Origin: Octopus sinensis
Taxonomy: Eukaryota
Assembly (NCBI RefSeq): GCF_006345805.1
Contig: NW_021832380.1
Span: 62,001-126,000 of the forward strand
Direction of reading: 5' to 3'
Length of the DNA stretch: 64,000 nucleotides
The translations under genes were made by a program, and so were the position numbers. Of this stretch, positions 10,078-21,560 are shown piece after piece; positions within the stretch are counted from its first letter, which is position 1; every line of letters starts with the position of its first letter. Below the pieces are notes generated by a model, which saw nothing but the letters and a program-made list of their open reading frames with translations, did no database searches and had not been told where the DNA came from.

Positions 10078-11863
10078 TGTCGCGACCCACGCTGGCGACC
10101 ATCCCACGCTGGCGACCATCAGTTTGACAGGTTATGACCTTCAGTTTGACAGGTGATTAGTTTGATATTTAAACCGGAAAAAATTCATTTTAAGAAATGG
10201 TTTAGCGTCATTTTAGAAAAAAATTATGGTTTCTCTCAAAAGATGTTAGCTCATATAGTCTTAATTCTTAGGCTACGTGAAAAACGACAGTGAATACCAA
10301 AATCTGAGAAGTGTACTACTTCAACAACCAGTGATGACTACATCCAAGTCAGAAAAATACAAACTTATGAAAAAGCGACTCAATTTATCATTATTAATGA
10401 TCGGTATATTTGCGACTCCTAACTCATAGTCTTTATCTAAAGGACGAGAATAACCAAAAACACAAATTGGTCATTTGTCTGGACAATGAAATGGAGATGA
10501 GGACACTAGCATTCGCCATTCACCAAGAATCCCACTGGGGAATACGAAAGCTTCAGAAAAAGTGCAGTGAATTCTATTTCACTGTAAAACGTCCAATCAT
10601 CGAACAAATTATAAAAGACTGCGAAATTTGTAAATTTGCCCTACCATTGAAAGTATTTTAAAAAAATATACCTAGGTGTCGGATTCTAATTACCATGTAA
10701 CTGCAGGAAAACCCAATGAAAGATTCCAGGCGGATCTTATTGATGTAAGAAGATATAAAGAGTTTAATGATGGATGTAATTGGATACTTACAATTATTGA
10801 CATCCACAGCAAATTTGTTGTCTGCAAATCTTTAAAAAATAAAACTGCTTCTGGTAAGACTTAAAATTTATTTGAAGAAGTGGTGAATAAATTCCAAAAT
10901 TTGTTTTATCAAATTGGATATTGTCAGATCTTGCAAACGGACAACGGGTTGGAATTCAAAAACCAACTTATGGCTCAACTATGCGAGTAAAACAAAATTA
11001 AGCATATTTATGGAAGGCCAAACCATCCTCAGTCACAAGTTTGTTAGTTTATATAACTTAGGGTGTGATTGAGAGGTTTAACCAAACCTTAACTCGTGCT
11101 CTGGCCAAAATGATGGAAATAGAGGGAACTAAAAATTGGAAACAATTTTTAGACAAAGTAACTTTTTCTTATAATACGACACACCACTCGGCGATCAATG
11201 AGACCCCCTTCAAAAAGTTTAGGGGTATTTCTGGAATTAACACTGTGATTCATGAAATACCAGGTTATAATCTTATTTATAATTTAGATGAAAATAATGA
11301 GGCATCGTTTGTCGAAGATGAACTTAGTGGTAAATTTACGATGTATTTATTTTAGAAACGAATAACAAAATTTTTAATTTCACTCCTCCAGACATGAATT
11401 CATCTTATTTTAAAAGAATGAATACAAAGATGGGAGTACACAGGTCAAAATATGATTTTGAAATAGGGAATGAGGTATAAATAAATAATAACAGTTTAGG
11501 TTCGAATCTTGAAAGATTGTGGGACAAATCCGTCATTGAAGCTACACAGATTTGAATCCCCATATGAAGAAAAGGGAACAGTGAAAGAAGTAATGTCAAA
11601 TAACAGACTACTAGTGAGTTACCATTCCTAACATTAAGATCGAATTCCAAAATGAAGCTAGGATAGTTACTATGAACAGAGTTAAAAAGTGTTAATTTTT
11701 TAAGTGTTAACATGTCGTTAGTTTTTTTAATTAATACAAAAATACATCGATTAAAATATATCACCTGTCAAACTGATGGTCGCAATTAATGTCAAAAATA
11801 CATCACTGAAGGTCATAACCTGTCAAATTGAAGGTCGGATGGTCGCCAGCGTGGGTCGCGACA
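10078..11863 (+). mobile_element. Ginger-type (Gypsy-integrase-like) DNA transposon with intron-containing transposase
   Basis: TIRs TGTCGCGACCCACGCTGGCGACCATC..GACAGG at both ends (TGT...ACA) with a 5-bp TSD TATTA (10073-10077, 11864-11868). Integrase motifs: H2C2 (HQESHWG..CEIC), FQADLID, LQTDNGLEF, SQGVIERFNQTL. Introns at 10404-10429, 10653-10675, 10854-10877 and 11039-11061. One in-frame TAA at about 10988. Confidence 0.82.
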
Positions 11864-12037
11864 TATTATGTGACATGGGCGACTGGATACACATGGGCAA
11901 CCGGTTACATTTTCGACCTTTGACCAACGATTTTATTTTATTGAAAATTTCAAAGGATCTCACTTATGGGTTTCACGTTTTAAGGAAGAGTATAAAATAA
12001 AAACACTCATGATTTCTGGAGAAGAACGATTAGTGTT

Positions 12038-12330
12038 TTGCTTATAGAATCATATGAAGACTTTGCAGCCATGTTAAAAAAATATCGATCGAAAAATTTT
12101 TACAACTGCGATGAAATTGGCCTTTTTTCAAATGTGCTCGAAAAAACATTAGTTCTTGACTTCGAATCAAGGGCTTCAGGAACGAATAACACTGTTATTA
12201 TGCACAAATATGGAAGGAGATAAAGAGTCTCTGTTGGTAATCAGAAAATTCAAAAATCCTCACGGCTTTAAGAATATTGATATATTGTTTGGAGTGCATT
12301 TTGTTGAACAGTTAAATTCCAAAATAAGTG
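12038..12330 (+). mobile_element. pogo/Tigger (CENP-B-like DDE) transposase fragment
   Basis: FYNCDEIGLF and ERITLLLCTNMEGDKESLLVIRKFKNPHGFKNI are diagnostic Tigger DDE_1 segments. Confidence 0.7.
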
Positions 12331-12405
12331 TGGAAAATTTTTTGTTTAGTTGTTCTTCGCCATAATAAATAAAATAACTTAAATTGTGTTTGGTTACTGG
12401 AATTC

Positions 12406-13347
12406 ATGAATTCAAAATCAATTCTTATTTTAAAATGCATTCTAGGACTGGCAATGTTTACAATACTTATCATGAATTTCATCTCATACCAGAAAACGGT
12501 ATTGTTATACAAAAGTATTCAAAAGATTAACATCACTGAATCCCTCGAAGGGGAAAGCATGGTTTTAGTCACTGCCTACTACGTCATTGACCCCTTCAAG
12601 AAAGAAAAAGACGTTCTACGACTCTCATCTGATTATTTTCGGTGGATGGAAAAATTTAAATTTATATCGAATCATGTGGTGTTTTACTCAGACAGCATGC
12701 AAGTATTGAATAAAATGAAAACAATAAGAATGGGAAATCGAACATCAATTATCTTTTTGAATAGATCAGAATTAGTCGGATTTATGAACATTGACAGAAT
12801 CAAACACATTTTCACTCTCCCTGGATATGGCCAACACTTTCTCGAAACGGGCAACCCCGACTACTCGGCCATAATGCACTCCAAACATGACTTGCTCCGC
12901 AGAACCATTCACAAATATCAGAACATGTCCTCCTACTTTGTTTGGGTTGATGTGGGACTCTTCCGACACACCACTTTTGTGGGCAATCACGAACTGAGGG
13001 CTACACAGTACATGGATCAGACACGCGTCACGATGACTCAGATCTTTGGGTTCCACGATATTTCAATGGAGGAAATCACCAAGAATGCCCAAGTATGGGT
13101 TGGCGGGGGCATGTTTGGAGGACACTTCAAAACCTTACTCAAATTCTGCGACGTTTATAGCGAGTTTTTTGAAATTCTTTTGTCCATGAATTTGATTGCC
13201 ACTGACGAGCAAGCACTGTACTCGCTGTATTCCACTCAGGGACGGATTTTAAAGAACGACAGTGTCCCAATACAAGTCTATCAATGTGGGTATTTTGGAC
13301 TCTATTCGCTATTTACAGACGTGACCACCAATTTTGAATGTCCTTGA
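12406..13347 (+). CDS. HtrL/YibB (WlaTC/HtrL)-like putative glycosyltransferase, type II membrane protein, intronless, 313 aa
   Basis: Single long ORF with an N-terminal hydrophobic anchor (ILILKCILGLAMFTILIMNFI) and motifs VLVTAYY, YFRWM, DYSAIMHSK, YFVWVDVG.FR, VGGGMFGG and TDEQALY that I associate with the HtrL family. AATAAA follows just downstream. Confidence 0.68.
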   Translation: MNSKSILILKCILGLAMFTILIMNFISYQKTVLLYKSIQKINITESLEGESMVLVTAYYVIDPFKKEKDVLRLSSDYFRWMEKFKFISNHVVFYSDSMQVLNKMKTIRMGNRTSIIFLNRSELVGFMNIDRIKHIFTLPGYGQHFLETGNPDYSAIMHSKHDLLRRTIHKYQNMSSYFVWVDVGLFRHTTFVGNHELRATQYMDQTRVTMTQIFGFHDISMEEITKNAQVWVGGGMFGGHFKTLLKFCDVYSEFFEILLSMNLIATDEQALYSLYSTQGRILKNDSVPIQVYQCGYFGLYSLFTDVTTNFECP

Positions 13348-13849
13348 CCCCAATAAAATATTTTTGTTTTGTAGATGTGATATTCACTTAAATAAGCTAC
13401 TTTTATAGAAGGAGGGTGACTCATTAGGCAATTCAATGATTCAATTTTTGATAAGGACCTTACACTTACGGAGCGCTGGTCTAGAAGGAAGTCCTCAGCT
13501 TCTACGAACATGGAAGCATTCTTCCATCATACGAACGAAGATATAATCCAATCCCGAAGACCAGGGCTACACGTCCAAGACGCACTTGCGCAGGCTCACG
13601 TTATGAAAATCAGGCAAAGATGAGGACCCTTTTGAAGCATGTCAAAATCACGTGATTTTATCTGTTCTCGTTTTTGTGTTCCATTTGTGGATGAAAAAGT
13701 ATATTATTTTAACATGGTCTTACCCCTTTCTTGTTTTGGCGCAATATTTGAGGATAGATTAATTCAAGTTGGGAGAGTTGTCTATGATTTATCAGAGAAA
13801 ACAAAAAGAAAACTCTTTACTATAGCAAATATAATCTATCATAACACTG

Positions 13850-14380
13850 CACATACTACTTATGATGTTATTATGTTGTTGACGCCCCTGGACAGAATGT
13901 TCGCAGATAAACCGTCCAATCCAGATGGGTGTACCTAACCATTTAGAAAATCAACATTACTTTCGGTGGGAGGAATAAAGTGGTAAGAGAAGCTGGGAAC
14001 TGGCGGACATTGACAGTCAGTGGGAGAACTCTTCGTTCTATCGTAAAATGAAGTTTCGATGAAACATGTCTCATTATATGAACGACTATGACAGATATAG
14101 GCTTATGAGCGTCAAACAATAGGTTCAAGTCAATGATTCTCTTTTTTCAGATGAATAAGCGAAAGGTAAACTACCTCAAGTTTTTGAAGATCAGGAAGAA
14201 AGTCCTTCTTATAGAGGGAAAGCAGCATTCTTGGTCCTTATTTTTCTCGAAAGAGTCCTTATTTTTATTAATTAAAATGCCGAAGGCAATCTCCCGCGTC
14301 CTCGGAGATTTCAGTCAATCTGTTTATTTAAAGACAATGTCGTAAAAAGAATGACAAAAGATGAGGAATGAAGATATCAT
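13850..14380 (-). other. Possible spliced gene of unknown function directly downstream of ARPC2 paralog B
   Basis: Open segments (MLLSLYKKDFLPDLQKLE; LNLLFDAHKPISV..LFLPPK; VHPSGLDG..) are joined by short GT-AG candidates. No family recognised. Confidence 0.22.
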
Positions 14381-14435
14381 TAGCCTATTAGTCAACAATA
14401 ATTAGTTAATCGGTTTAGAATAATCTGTAATATCC

Positions 14436-15617
14436 TTATTTGTTAATGAAGGAGCGTCCCCTATTGTGAGTGAAAATGATATACGAAATGGTCTTCCTTT
14501 CGATGGGTTTGACGAGCTTGCTTCTGTTGATGTGTTTGAGAAGGACAATTCCCTGCTCTCTCAACCGTGCGAGAAAGAACATCTGCACTCCGCACACTAA
14601 CTTACGTTGTAACTGCTGATGCTGTAGTATAACTGCATCGGCATCAATGTCACCAAATCCACGGCCTTCTCCTTTTCCTTCGCAGATGTGAACCGGTCGT
14701 TGAATACTAGAGAGGGGAATTAAGGCCCACTATTACAAATAGTTATGTAATAAGTGTTCTCGGATGGCCTCAGTCTTTGTTGGGCGAGTTCCTTGGGTGG
14801 GTCCCGTTCAGAACAGAAACAGGACGGAGCATAACTGTTATATTTTTGTAGATTTCCCAACTCCTGGAATAGGCAGGAAAGATCAACCTGAGCGAAATTT
14901 TTAATAAACAAAAATTGTGCGTCGTCCTTGTTGTGTATGCTGTAAGTGAGGGAGACCCCCTCATTCAACTGAATGTACCTGCACTGAGTACTCATACTCT
15001 TACAGTTTATCCTGTCGCCCCACTGAAAGCACAAGACAGGGTTTTTGGGCCTTGTTGCGCAGTGCTTGGAAGTAGTCGTCCATTAGACCATGGATGCAGA
15101 CTCTTTTGAGGTATTGAGCTTTTGACATCTCTTCCCAATAACTGTCGGACGCCTCTGTTGGGAGAGTGTACGTCAACACTGCGGTCGATCCTGGTTTTGA
15201 TCTGAACTCTCTAACCTGGTGAAAACGACACTTTATCCCCGTAGTATGTTCTCAGAGACTATTATGTAACTAACAGTATTTCTCACGTTTTGGACTGTCT
15301 GTTTGCAGTTCTCAGTAAGCGGAAAATTCATTGAGATCTAAATATGTTTAGTAACTGTTTGTATCATCAAAACAATTGATCTAAAATACCATAATCGCGA
15401 ATCGGTTTTCTTTTACGTTCGTTATTTCATATGTTATGTCATAGAAATCTGCGAATAAAACACAGAGATTTGACCATGTGCAGTTATGTTGGCGAATTCA
15501 GGTTTGTTTCTACAACTCAGACACACAGACTGACCCGTTTATAGCCGAAGTATAACGACTTTGGAGGACTTGTGTTAATAATTTAGATCCTGTGTTCAGA
15601 ACGGCTTGGTTTTGCAT
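14436..15617 (-). CDS. ARPC2: ARP2/3 complex subunit 2 (p34-Arc)-like, paralog B, multi-exon
   Basis: Hand-spliced MQNQAVLNTGSKLLTQVLQSRY..NKPEF..ITAHDFYDITYEITN..AVLTYTL..KAQYLKRVCI..KDDAQFLFIKNFAQELG..APSCFCSERDPPKEL..NTYYITI..AVDLVTLMPMQLYYSISSYNMFFLARLRE..HINRSK..KTISGRSFINK* follows the ARPC2 layout, including the C-terminal KTIxGKTF-like end. Confidence 0.75.
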
Positions 15618-15699
15618 TTAGATTAATGGATTATTTTCGAAAGTTTATTTTAAGAAGCAAACCGATAAAAAAATTAATTATTTATTATATACATATTGT

Positions 15700-16360
15700 A
15701 TAAATAAATATTTGAGCCCAATCCAATCGACAAATGTATTCTTTGTATTTTTCAATAAGCAAAGGTCACAACATTGGGTAGGTACTTCGAGAAATAAGTT
15801 TCTTAAATTCGATGCTGGAGACTTTGATCTCCGATTCAAGAACAATCGAGTGGATCTACTCAAGTTTTTAGATTTTCCAAAAATAGTTTTTTAGTTTTCA
15901 AAACTGAGTCGTACTTTGTCTATCCAAGGTAAACTTTTTAAGAAACCAGAGGAAAATGTCAACTTCTTCAATATTTGACTAATTTCGACTTTCGACTCAT
16001 TTCGCTAATTTCGACTATTTTCTGTATCTCGGAGTTAATGGACTGTAAAAACGTTTTTGAGTAAAACAGAGATTTATAAGATAAATATTCAAAGCTTATG
16101 AACAATGAGATTGTAAATTGTCTAAAATTTTTATTAATATTCTTTGTGATGTCTGAGAAACGTACTAAAAAGGTAGAAAAATTATTTGAGAAAATCATGC
16201 ATTTAAAACCCCAAAGAGAAGAAACAAATTTTTCTTTTAAAGAAAATGGCAATGCACTTTGCCAGATTCGTCATTTTGCTATACATTGTCTAAATTCATG
16301 TAATGTCGAGAGGCATTTAATAAAACATTTATCCAAATACGATTTTTTTAACTGAACTAA
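15700..16360 (+). mobile_element. Decayed hAT-related transposase remnant
   Basis: SCNVERHL resembles the S-C-D-V-E-R-S-F motif of the hAT dimerisation region. The rest is heavily broken. Confidence 0.28.
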
Positions 16361-17169
16361 AAAGTCAAATTTCTACCTAGGAAATGAAATCGCGAACTAC
16401 AAACTATTTTGTTTAAACACCCCATGTTACCAAGATCCGTCACAATAGCTGCCTACAAAATTAGTCGTATACAGTCCATCGGGGGCTGAGGTTCCGGGAT
16501 TGTCTGGATAATTTCAGCTGGGAAGAGCAAATGGTTCTTTTCTTGAATGCTTTAGAAGCATTCTATGCGCCTCCAGAGTTGTAAAAACTGGTGAACCACA
16601 TGACGCTAATTTCGTTAATTTTCATTCTATCTCAAATTTGAAAAATATTATTCTAAGTCCGCTTGACCACCTTATTAAGAAAGATGACTGTCAAAGGACC
16701 ATCATATGTCAATTAGAAACCAGAAGCACATCACCCAGATCCAATTCCTTACGAAAACGGTTCCCCTTCCATTCCGCACTTGCGTTGGGTCCAGAGTCCA
16801 ACATCTGGAAAAGCTGAGAAAGATCTTTAGGATTGTTGGAAACACCTAATTAATTACTCTAATTAACTGTTTGTGATTCTTGGGTTAAATAAAAAAGTAA
16901 ACATCGGTTAATTGCATAACATTTGTCCACGGAAAATCTTATGCAAGAAAAGAAAATAATCAAAAACGTTAAAAAATCATTAATTTTTGACTATCTAGTC
17001 TTCTCGTTACCTGAAGAGTGAGCTTGGATGTTAAATCAGGACCGTCGTCGGTCCGAATCCGATGGAGGCTACTTTTTAGTTGTGGGTCAATTTTCATTAA
17101 CGTTCCCTTGCCCGTGAGGCGACGAGTCGTCCTGGTACGACAAAGTTGCGAATGGGGATCTTCTACTTT

Positions 17170-17390
17170 AGTGGCTTTATGTGGTCCACCATGTTATTTT
17201 GAACTTTCAATTGGATTTGTAAAAGCTCAGGGGGCACCTAATGCCTACCTACAAAGAACTTCTAGAACTCTGACCCCGGGGGACATTGTCGTCCCAGGTC
17301 GATCACTGTCGGCAGGATCGAACTTTTCCGGAGGATCTTCATCGCTTGCAAGGATCACGAGGATTAACTGGTTTACCCTCGTCTTTTGGT
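17170..17390 (+). repeat. Uncharacterised dispersed repeat, homologous to 49490-49720 in inverted orientation
   Basis: Shared blocks (CCACCATGT, GCTCAGG.GGCAC.TAATGCCT, GACCC.GGG.CAT.GTCGT, GGATCT, GATCACGG.ATTAACT) align with the reverse complement of 49490-49720. Confidence 0.6.
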
Positions 17391-17427
17391 CATTAAATAA
17401 ATGTCTTAAATAAACGCATTTTTTTAG

Positions 17428-18560
17428 TTAATAAAAGTTGTCCATATTCATTTTACTTGTTAAATAGCTTAACATTAAACATATTTCTTTATCGGACATG
17501 ATTCCGATACATTCGTCATCCTCATTAGCAACATCCATCGTTATTTCGTCACATTCAATGTCACTAAACATATTTTCCCCCAATTCCTCGTGGAATCCAG
17601 CCTTACAGAAACAGTTGTAAATTGTTGTTATTTTGACTTCCTTCCAAGCCATTTTGAGTATGTGTAGCCATCTAAGAAAGTGATAGAATTCACAACGAAT
17701 TTGAGACAGCGCGTCATTTGAATCAATTACGGAAATCACTCTGTAAAAATGCAAATCTGTAGTTGTGCTGTGGACCTTTTATAATCCCCATATCATATGG
17801 CTGAATGCATGTGAATATGTTTGGTGGATAGAATACAATCTAACATTTGATGAATTTTCTCCAACATCTTTTGAATGCGCAGCACAATTTTCAAAGACTA
17901 TATTTCTTTTTTGTATTTTCACTTTCAGGTCAAAACATGACAACCAGTTTCTAAATAACTGTAAGTGTTTTTATTCCTTTGAAGCACCTAAAATTCTTTC
18001 TTTTCCCAATGACATAAATGGGTCTTTGTCCGAACCCGTCATGTTGCAGGATACTATCACAATTATTCTATCCTTCATTTTTTACTCCCAATCGGTATTT
18101 CATTTTTAAAGTCCGGTCGGTGAACCTCTGAATATGAGTCCTGTTTCATCATATTTATAAATGTTTTCCGGTGTACGACCTTTGAAAAGATCTTTAAATG
18201 TCCATTGGCACTATTATTCAGCAGCAATTAGATCGGAATCATTTTTCTCCCCATAGATATGTTGATTCTTTCCAGCTCTGAAGCCAACCTCCAGTAGGAT
18301 AAAAGAGTTATCCATTTGCATAGTTTTAGAAAAGCTAATAGCTTTGTGGATTTTTATGGGATCATTTATTGATACATTTTTTTATCCTGGTTTGAGCAAA
18401 CCAGATGGACAATAAAGTTACTACGTTCTTCTCTTTGCCAACCCGTCTTCTTTTGCAACTGATACAATTAGATTCAACCGATAGCATAATTTCTTCGCTA
18501 TTCTTCAAAATCCGTGAAACTTGACACTGATATCAGTTGAATCTTCCAGATAGAACTACC
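17428..18560 (-). mobile_element. pogo/Tigger transposase remnant
   Basis: ENIYKYDETGL, KFKCPRCFKG, YLIKNDIKVVPFC..(DLSPLD-like), LKMAWKEVKITTIYNCFCKAGF. Multiple stops and frameshifts. Confidence 0.72.
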
Positions 18561-18879
18561 TGATTTTGACTTCCTTAAATAAAAAAATCGATTATTTCCA
18601 ATTTTTGAGAAAATGTAGAATCAGCGTGATAAAAATAACATGTGTAGTAATAATTAAATTTTAAAATTACGAATTATTATTATTAAATTATGCGAAAATT
18701 TTTATAAAAAATAGTAAATGTTCCCTATGAGAGTATGCAATTAACCAATTCTTTTGTCAGTTCAAAAAGACACTAATTTTTAAATTCACAAAAATCTATA
18801 ATTTTCCAATATTTATTGATGACAGTTATCAATTTTGCTCAAACATGACACGTTCGGTTAAAAAGTTGGTTATCGGAAA

Positions 18880-19110
18880 TTTCAAAACTCCCCAAGTACT
18901 TTAAAGGACCCAATCTTAATAGGTTGGCTGATTAGCGACATTCTTCTAAACCTTGGATGAACTAAGTGATATTTGTTTGTTAAATTGGGATTGAAATTTT
19001 TAAAAAAGTTTTATTAGTTGTGGACAACTGTCCATCACATAAAGTGACAGTGCAGTTAAAAAGAATTGAAATTGTGTTTTACCTCTTAAACTCAAATTCT
19101 AAATTAAATT
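18880..19110 (+). mobile_element. pogo/Tigger transposase fragment
   Basis: LLVVDNCPSHKVTVQLKRIEIVFLP, the catalytic D region of DDE_1. Confidence 0.6.
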
Positions 19111-19439
19111 CGGTTTTATTGGATGCAGTCGGGAATGCGTTCAGCTAGTTTAGTATTCTCCTTAATGAGTTTTGTCAACAATTAATGTTATTGAAAAAAG
19201 TTTATTAACATTTTTCCAAATTGGTTAAATTTGAGAATATTTCTTCATTTTAGAATGTAACATTACTCTCGATTTCAATTAAGCGTGAATGATTCTTAAA
19301 ATTTTCTCTATTGAATTCACAGTCGGTAAAATAAATAATTTGAAAAAATCCATTCTCAAAAAATATTTCAAGTCATTAAAAAGAGAGCAAATGGAATCAT
19401 TGTAATTTTTTATTACAAGTGAATTTAATTCAAAGAGAA

Positions 19440-20520
19440 TTTATTATACATCTTTATTTGAATTAATGAGGGGCGCAGAAATCAAGCCCCAGCCGAAGAG
19501 CAACCCCGATACGCAGTGTTTCGTTGTCTAATAGGGAACCCGTCGATGACGTTGGGTAAGCGTCGAACCAGGATCCACTATGCTCGTGTGCTGCAGCAAG
19601 CAAGGACGCCTGGCGGTGTTGGTCCAAGGCCGGTTTGAGCGTAGAGAACGAGTGTGCTGCCCAGATCTCGTCCCAATCCCTCTGTGAGGTTACAGAATTC
19701 CATGTCCTTCTTCGCCAGATGGGCCCTTAGGCCAGATGGGCTTAGAGGGCAGTCAAGGAATGTAGCTTCTGACATGTTGATAGTCTGAATGCCTGGGATG
19801 AGATCGGTTATGGACTTTTTCGAGTCGAGAAAATTTGCCAGCGGGTAGTTGACATTCATGAGCTCACATTTTTCTTCATTTACTTCAAGCCCAAGGTGTT
19901 CGAGGGCAGGGATTAGGTGTGAGAGGTCGCTGGATATATCCTCGATAGATCCACAAACCGAGGCATCATCCAAGTGCGAAGACGATTTCGTTACCAAAGA
20001 TAGGCGGGGACATACGACCTCGAGGCCAATTTAGCAGTCAGGCAGCGGAAGTAATTTCCAACTGCTATGGGACGGATTCCGCCATCCTTCTTCCGGAATG
20101 CAAGTAGATGTGCTGAGAAGAGCATGTTCCTCGCATAGTAGGGGATATCCAAGTTCAGTATCTTACCGACTAGAGCGGTTATAGCCGATATCAGAGAGTT
20201 GCCTGCCTCACCAGTTGAGGGAGAGGTGAGGTCCTTGATGTGGCCCGGGCGAAGGCCATCAAGTCCGCCGCAGCTGCTTTTGCCAAAAGATTGAATTGTG
20301 AACTTGATTTCATCTTCTGATGGATTAAGCGTGCAAGACACAGATGGGGGAGTAAGAAGCCGCATATCAGGAGGAGGATTTGGGTGTTTTGATCTCAGGT
20401 GGGCAAGGACAGTTGGTTGATTGAGACTGAGAGTTTAACACTGTGTCTCGTTTGAGACTGTGCGAACGACAGCCCGGACGTCACCCTCGGCTAGTTTGGC
20501 ACAAACACGGTCATTCAGGG
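19440..20520 (-). mobile_element. CRE-clade non-LTR retrotransposon RT fragment
   Basis: CAKLAEGDVRAVV, SFGKSSCGGLDGLRPGHIKDL, LLAFRKKDGGIRPIAVGNYFRCLTAK, YL..CEDDASVCG, LGLEVNEEKCE are hallmark CRE-like RT segments, with internal deletions. Confidence 0.82.
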
Positions 20521-21149
20521 TATCTTCCAGGCATTGTTATTTGGGGAGTGCTGGAAAAGTATCTTTCGACAATACTCCTACCGAGGTTTAGAGTGGAACG
20601 TTTCAAGAAATCTGAAAAAAATTTTCTGCCAAAAGAATTCTTTAAAAGCAGTGTATCTATTGGAACCTAAACGAATGAGCCTATTGACTCAAAATATAAT
20701 AATAACTATACTCAGACTGAGACTATAGATCTGGAAGCATCAGAAGTCTCAAATTCAACTCTGAAGAAAAAACCAACGATGGGAAGACATCTCAAAAGAA
20801 GTCCTCCTTAAAAAGAAACTCAAATGTAGATAGACAGGTAACTTAAGTCAATTGAGGCGAAAATCATTAAATTGTGCTTATTAAAAGATGTGACCTCTAA
20901 CGAAAAAGAGCGATATTTACGGGAAATGGTGACCCTCCTACGCGAAACCTACGCGAAAAAAAAACACTCCAAATTTTGACAGTTTACAGTAAAATAACTG
21001 GAACCCAAATAAAGGCTGAAGTAATTCGTTTGCGACTTCTGAGAGAATGCCTGTCAAGGCAAGAGAAGACTACTGAACTCATTCGCAATCAGCTTGCAGC
21101 TGTTTTTGAAGCAGATCCACCTGCCTCCTTATCAAGGCCTCCACCAAAC

Positions 21150-21560
21150 TACACAAGCAGATTGAAACGTTACCCAATTACTGAGTCTGATATTCGGGAA
21201 GCAATAAGGGCAGCCAGAAATGCGGCCCCAAGATATGACAAGATTCTAATACTTCCAAAATTGAAGTTCGAATGTTTCGAAATCCTAAGAAACCTAAAGA
21301 AGCCTCGAGCTTATAAGCCTAAATTGCTCATCAAAGATAATGAAGAAAATCATTTATAGAAGGCTAGTACTGCATATAGAAAAGAATCACGGACTCTCTT
21401 ACGGACCTGCGCTAACTGGATCTATCGACTGAATTCGATAGTATCTAAGGCACGAGATTCTGCACATTTCGCCCACCCCCAGAGACTGTGTTATTGATTT
21501 CCCAGGTAGCTATTCTTTCTGCACTGATGTATGGGCTAGAAGGGTGGATATTTTACCTTT
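21150..21560 (+). mobile_element. Highly decayed LINE (RT-like) fragments
   Basis: ITESDIREAIRAARNAAPRYDKI resembles RT domain 0 (I.EEEI..AI..LK.KAPG.D.I). VAILSALMYGLEGW resembles an RTE-like C-terminal motif. Confidence 0.4.

Noticed and set aside
11495-11512. GGTTCGAATC tRNA T-loop-like motif
   Set aside because: No acceptor stem, D-arm or anticodon arm can be folded around it, and it lies inside the Ginger element.
16660-17170. Possible Gypsy/BEL integrase C-terminus (LDLGDVLLV; GGPHKATKV)
   Set aside because: The motif matches are too short, strand assignment conflicts with the adjacent repeat, and no LTRs were found, so it was left unclassified.
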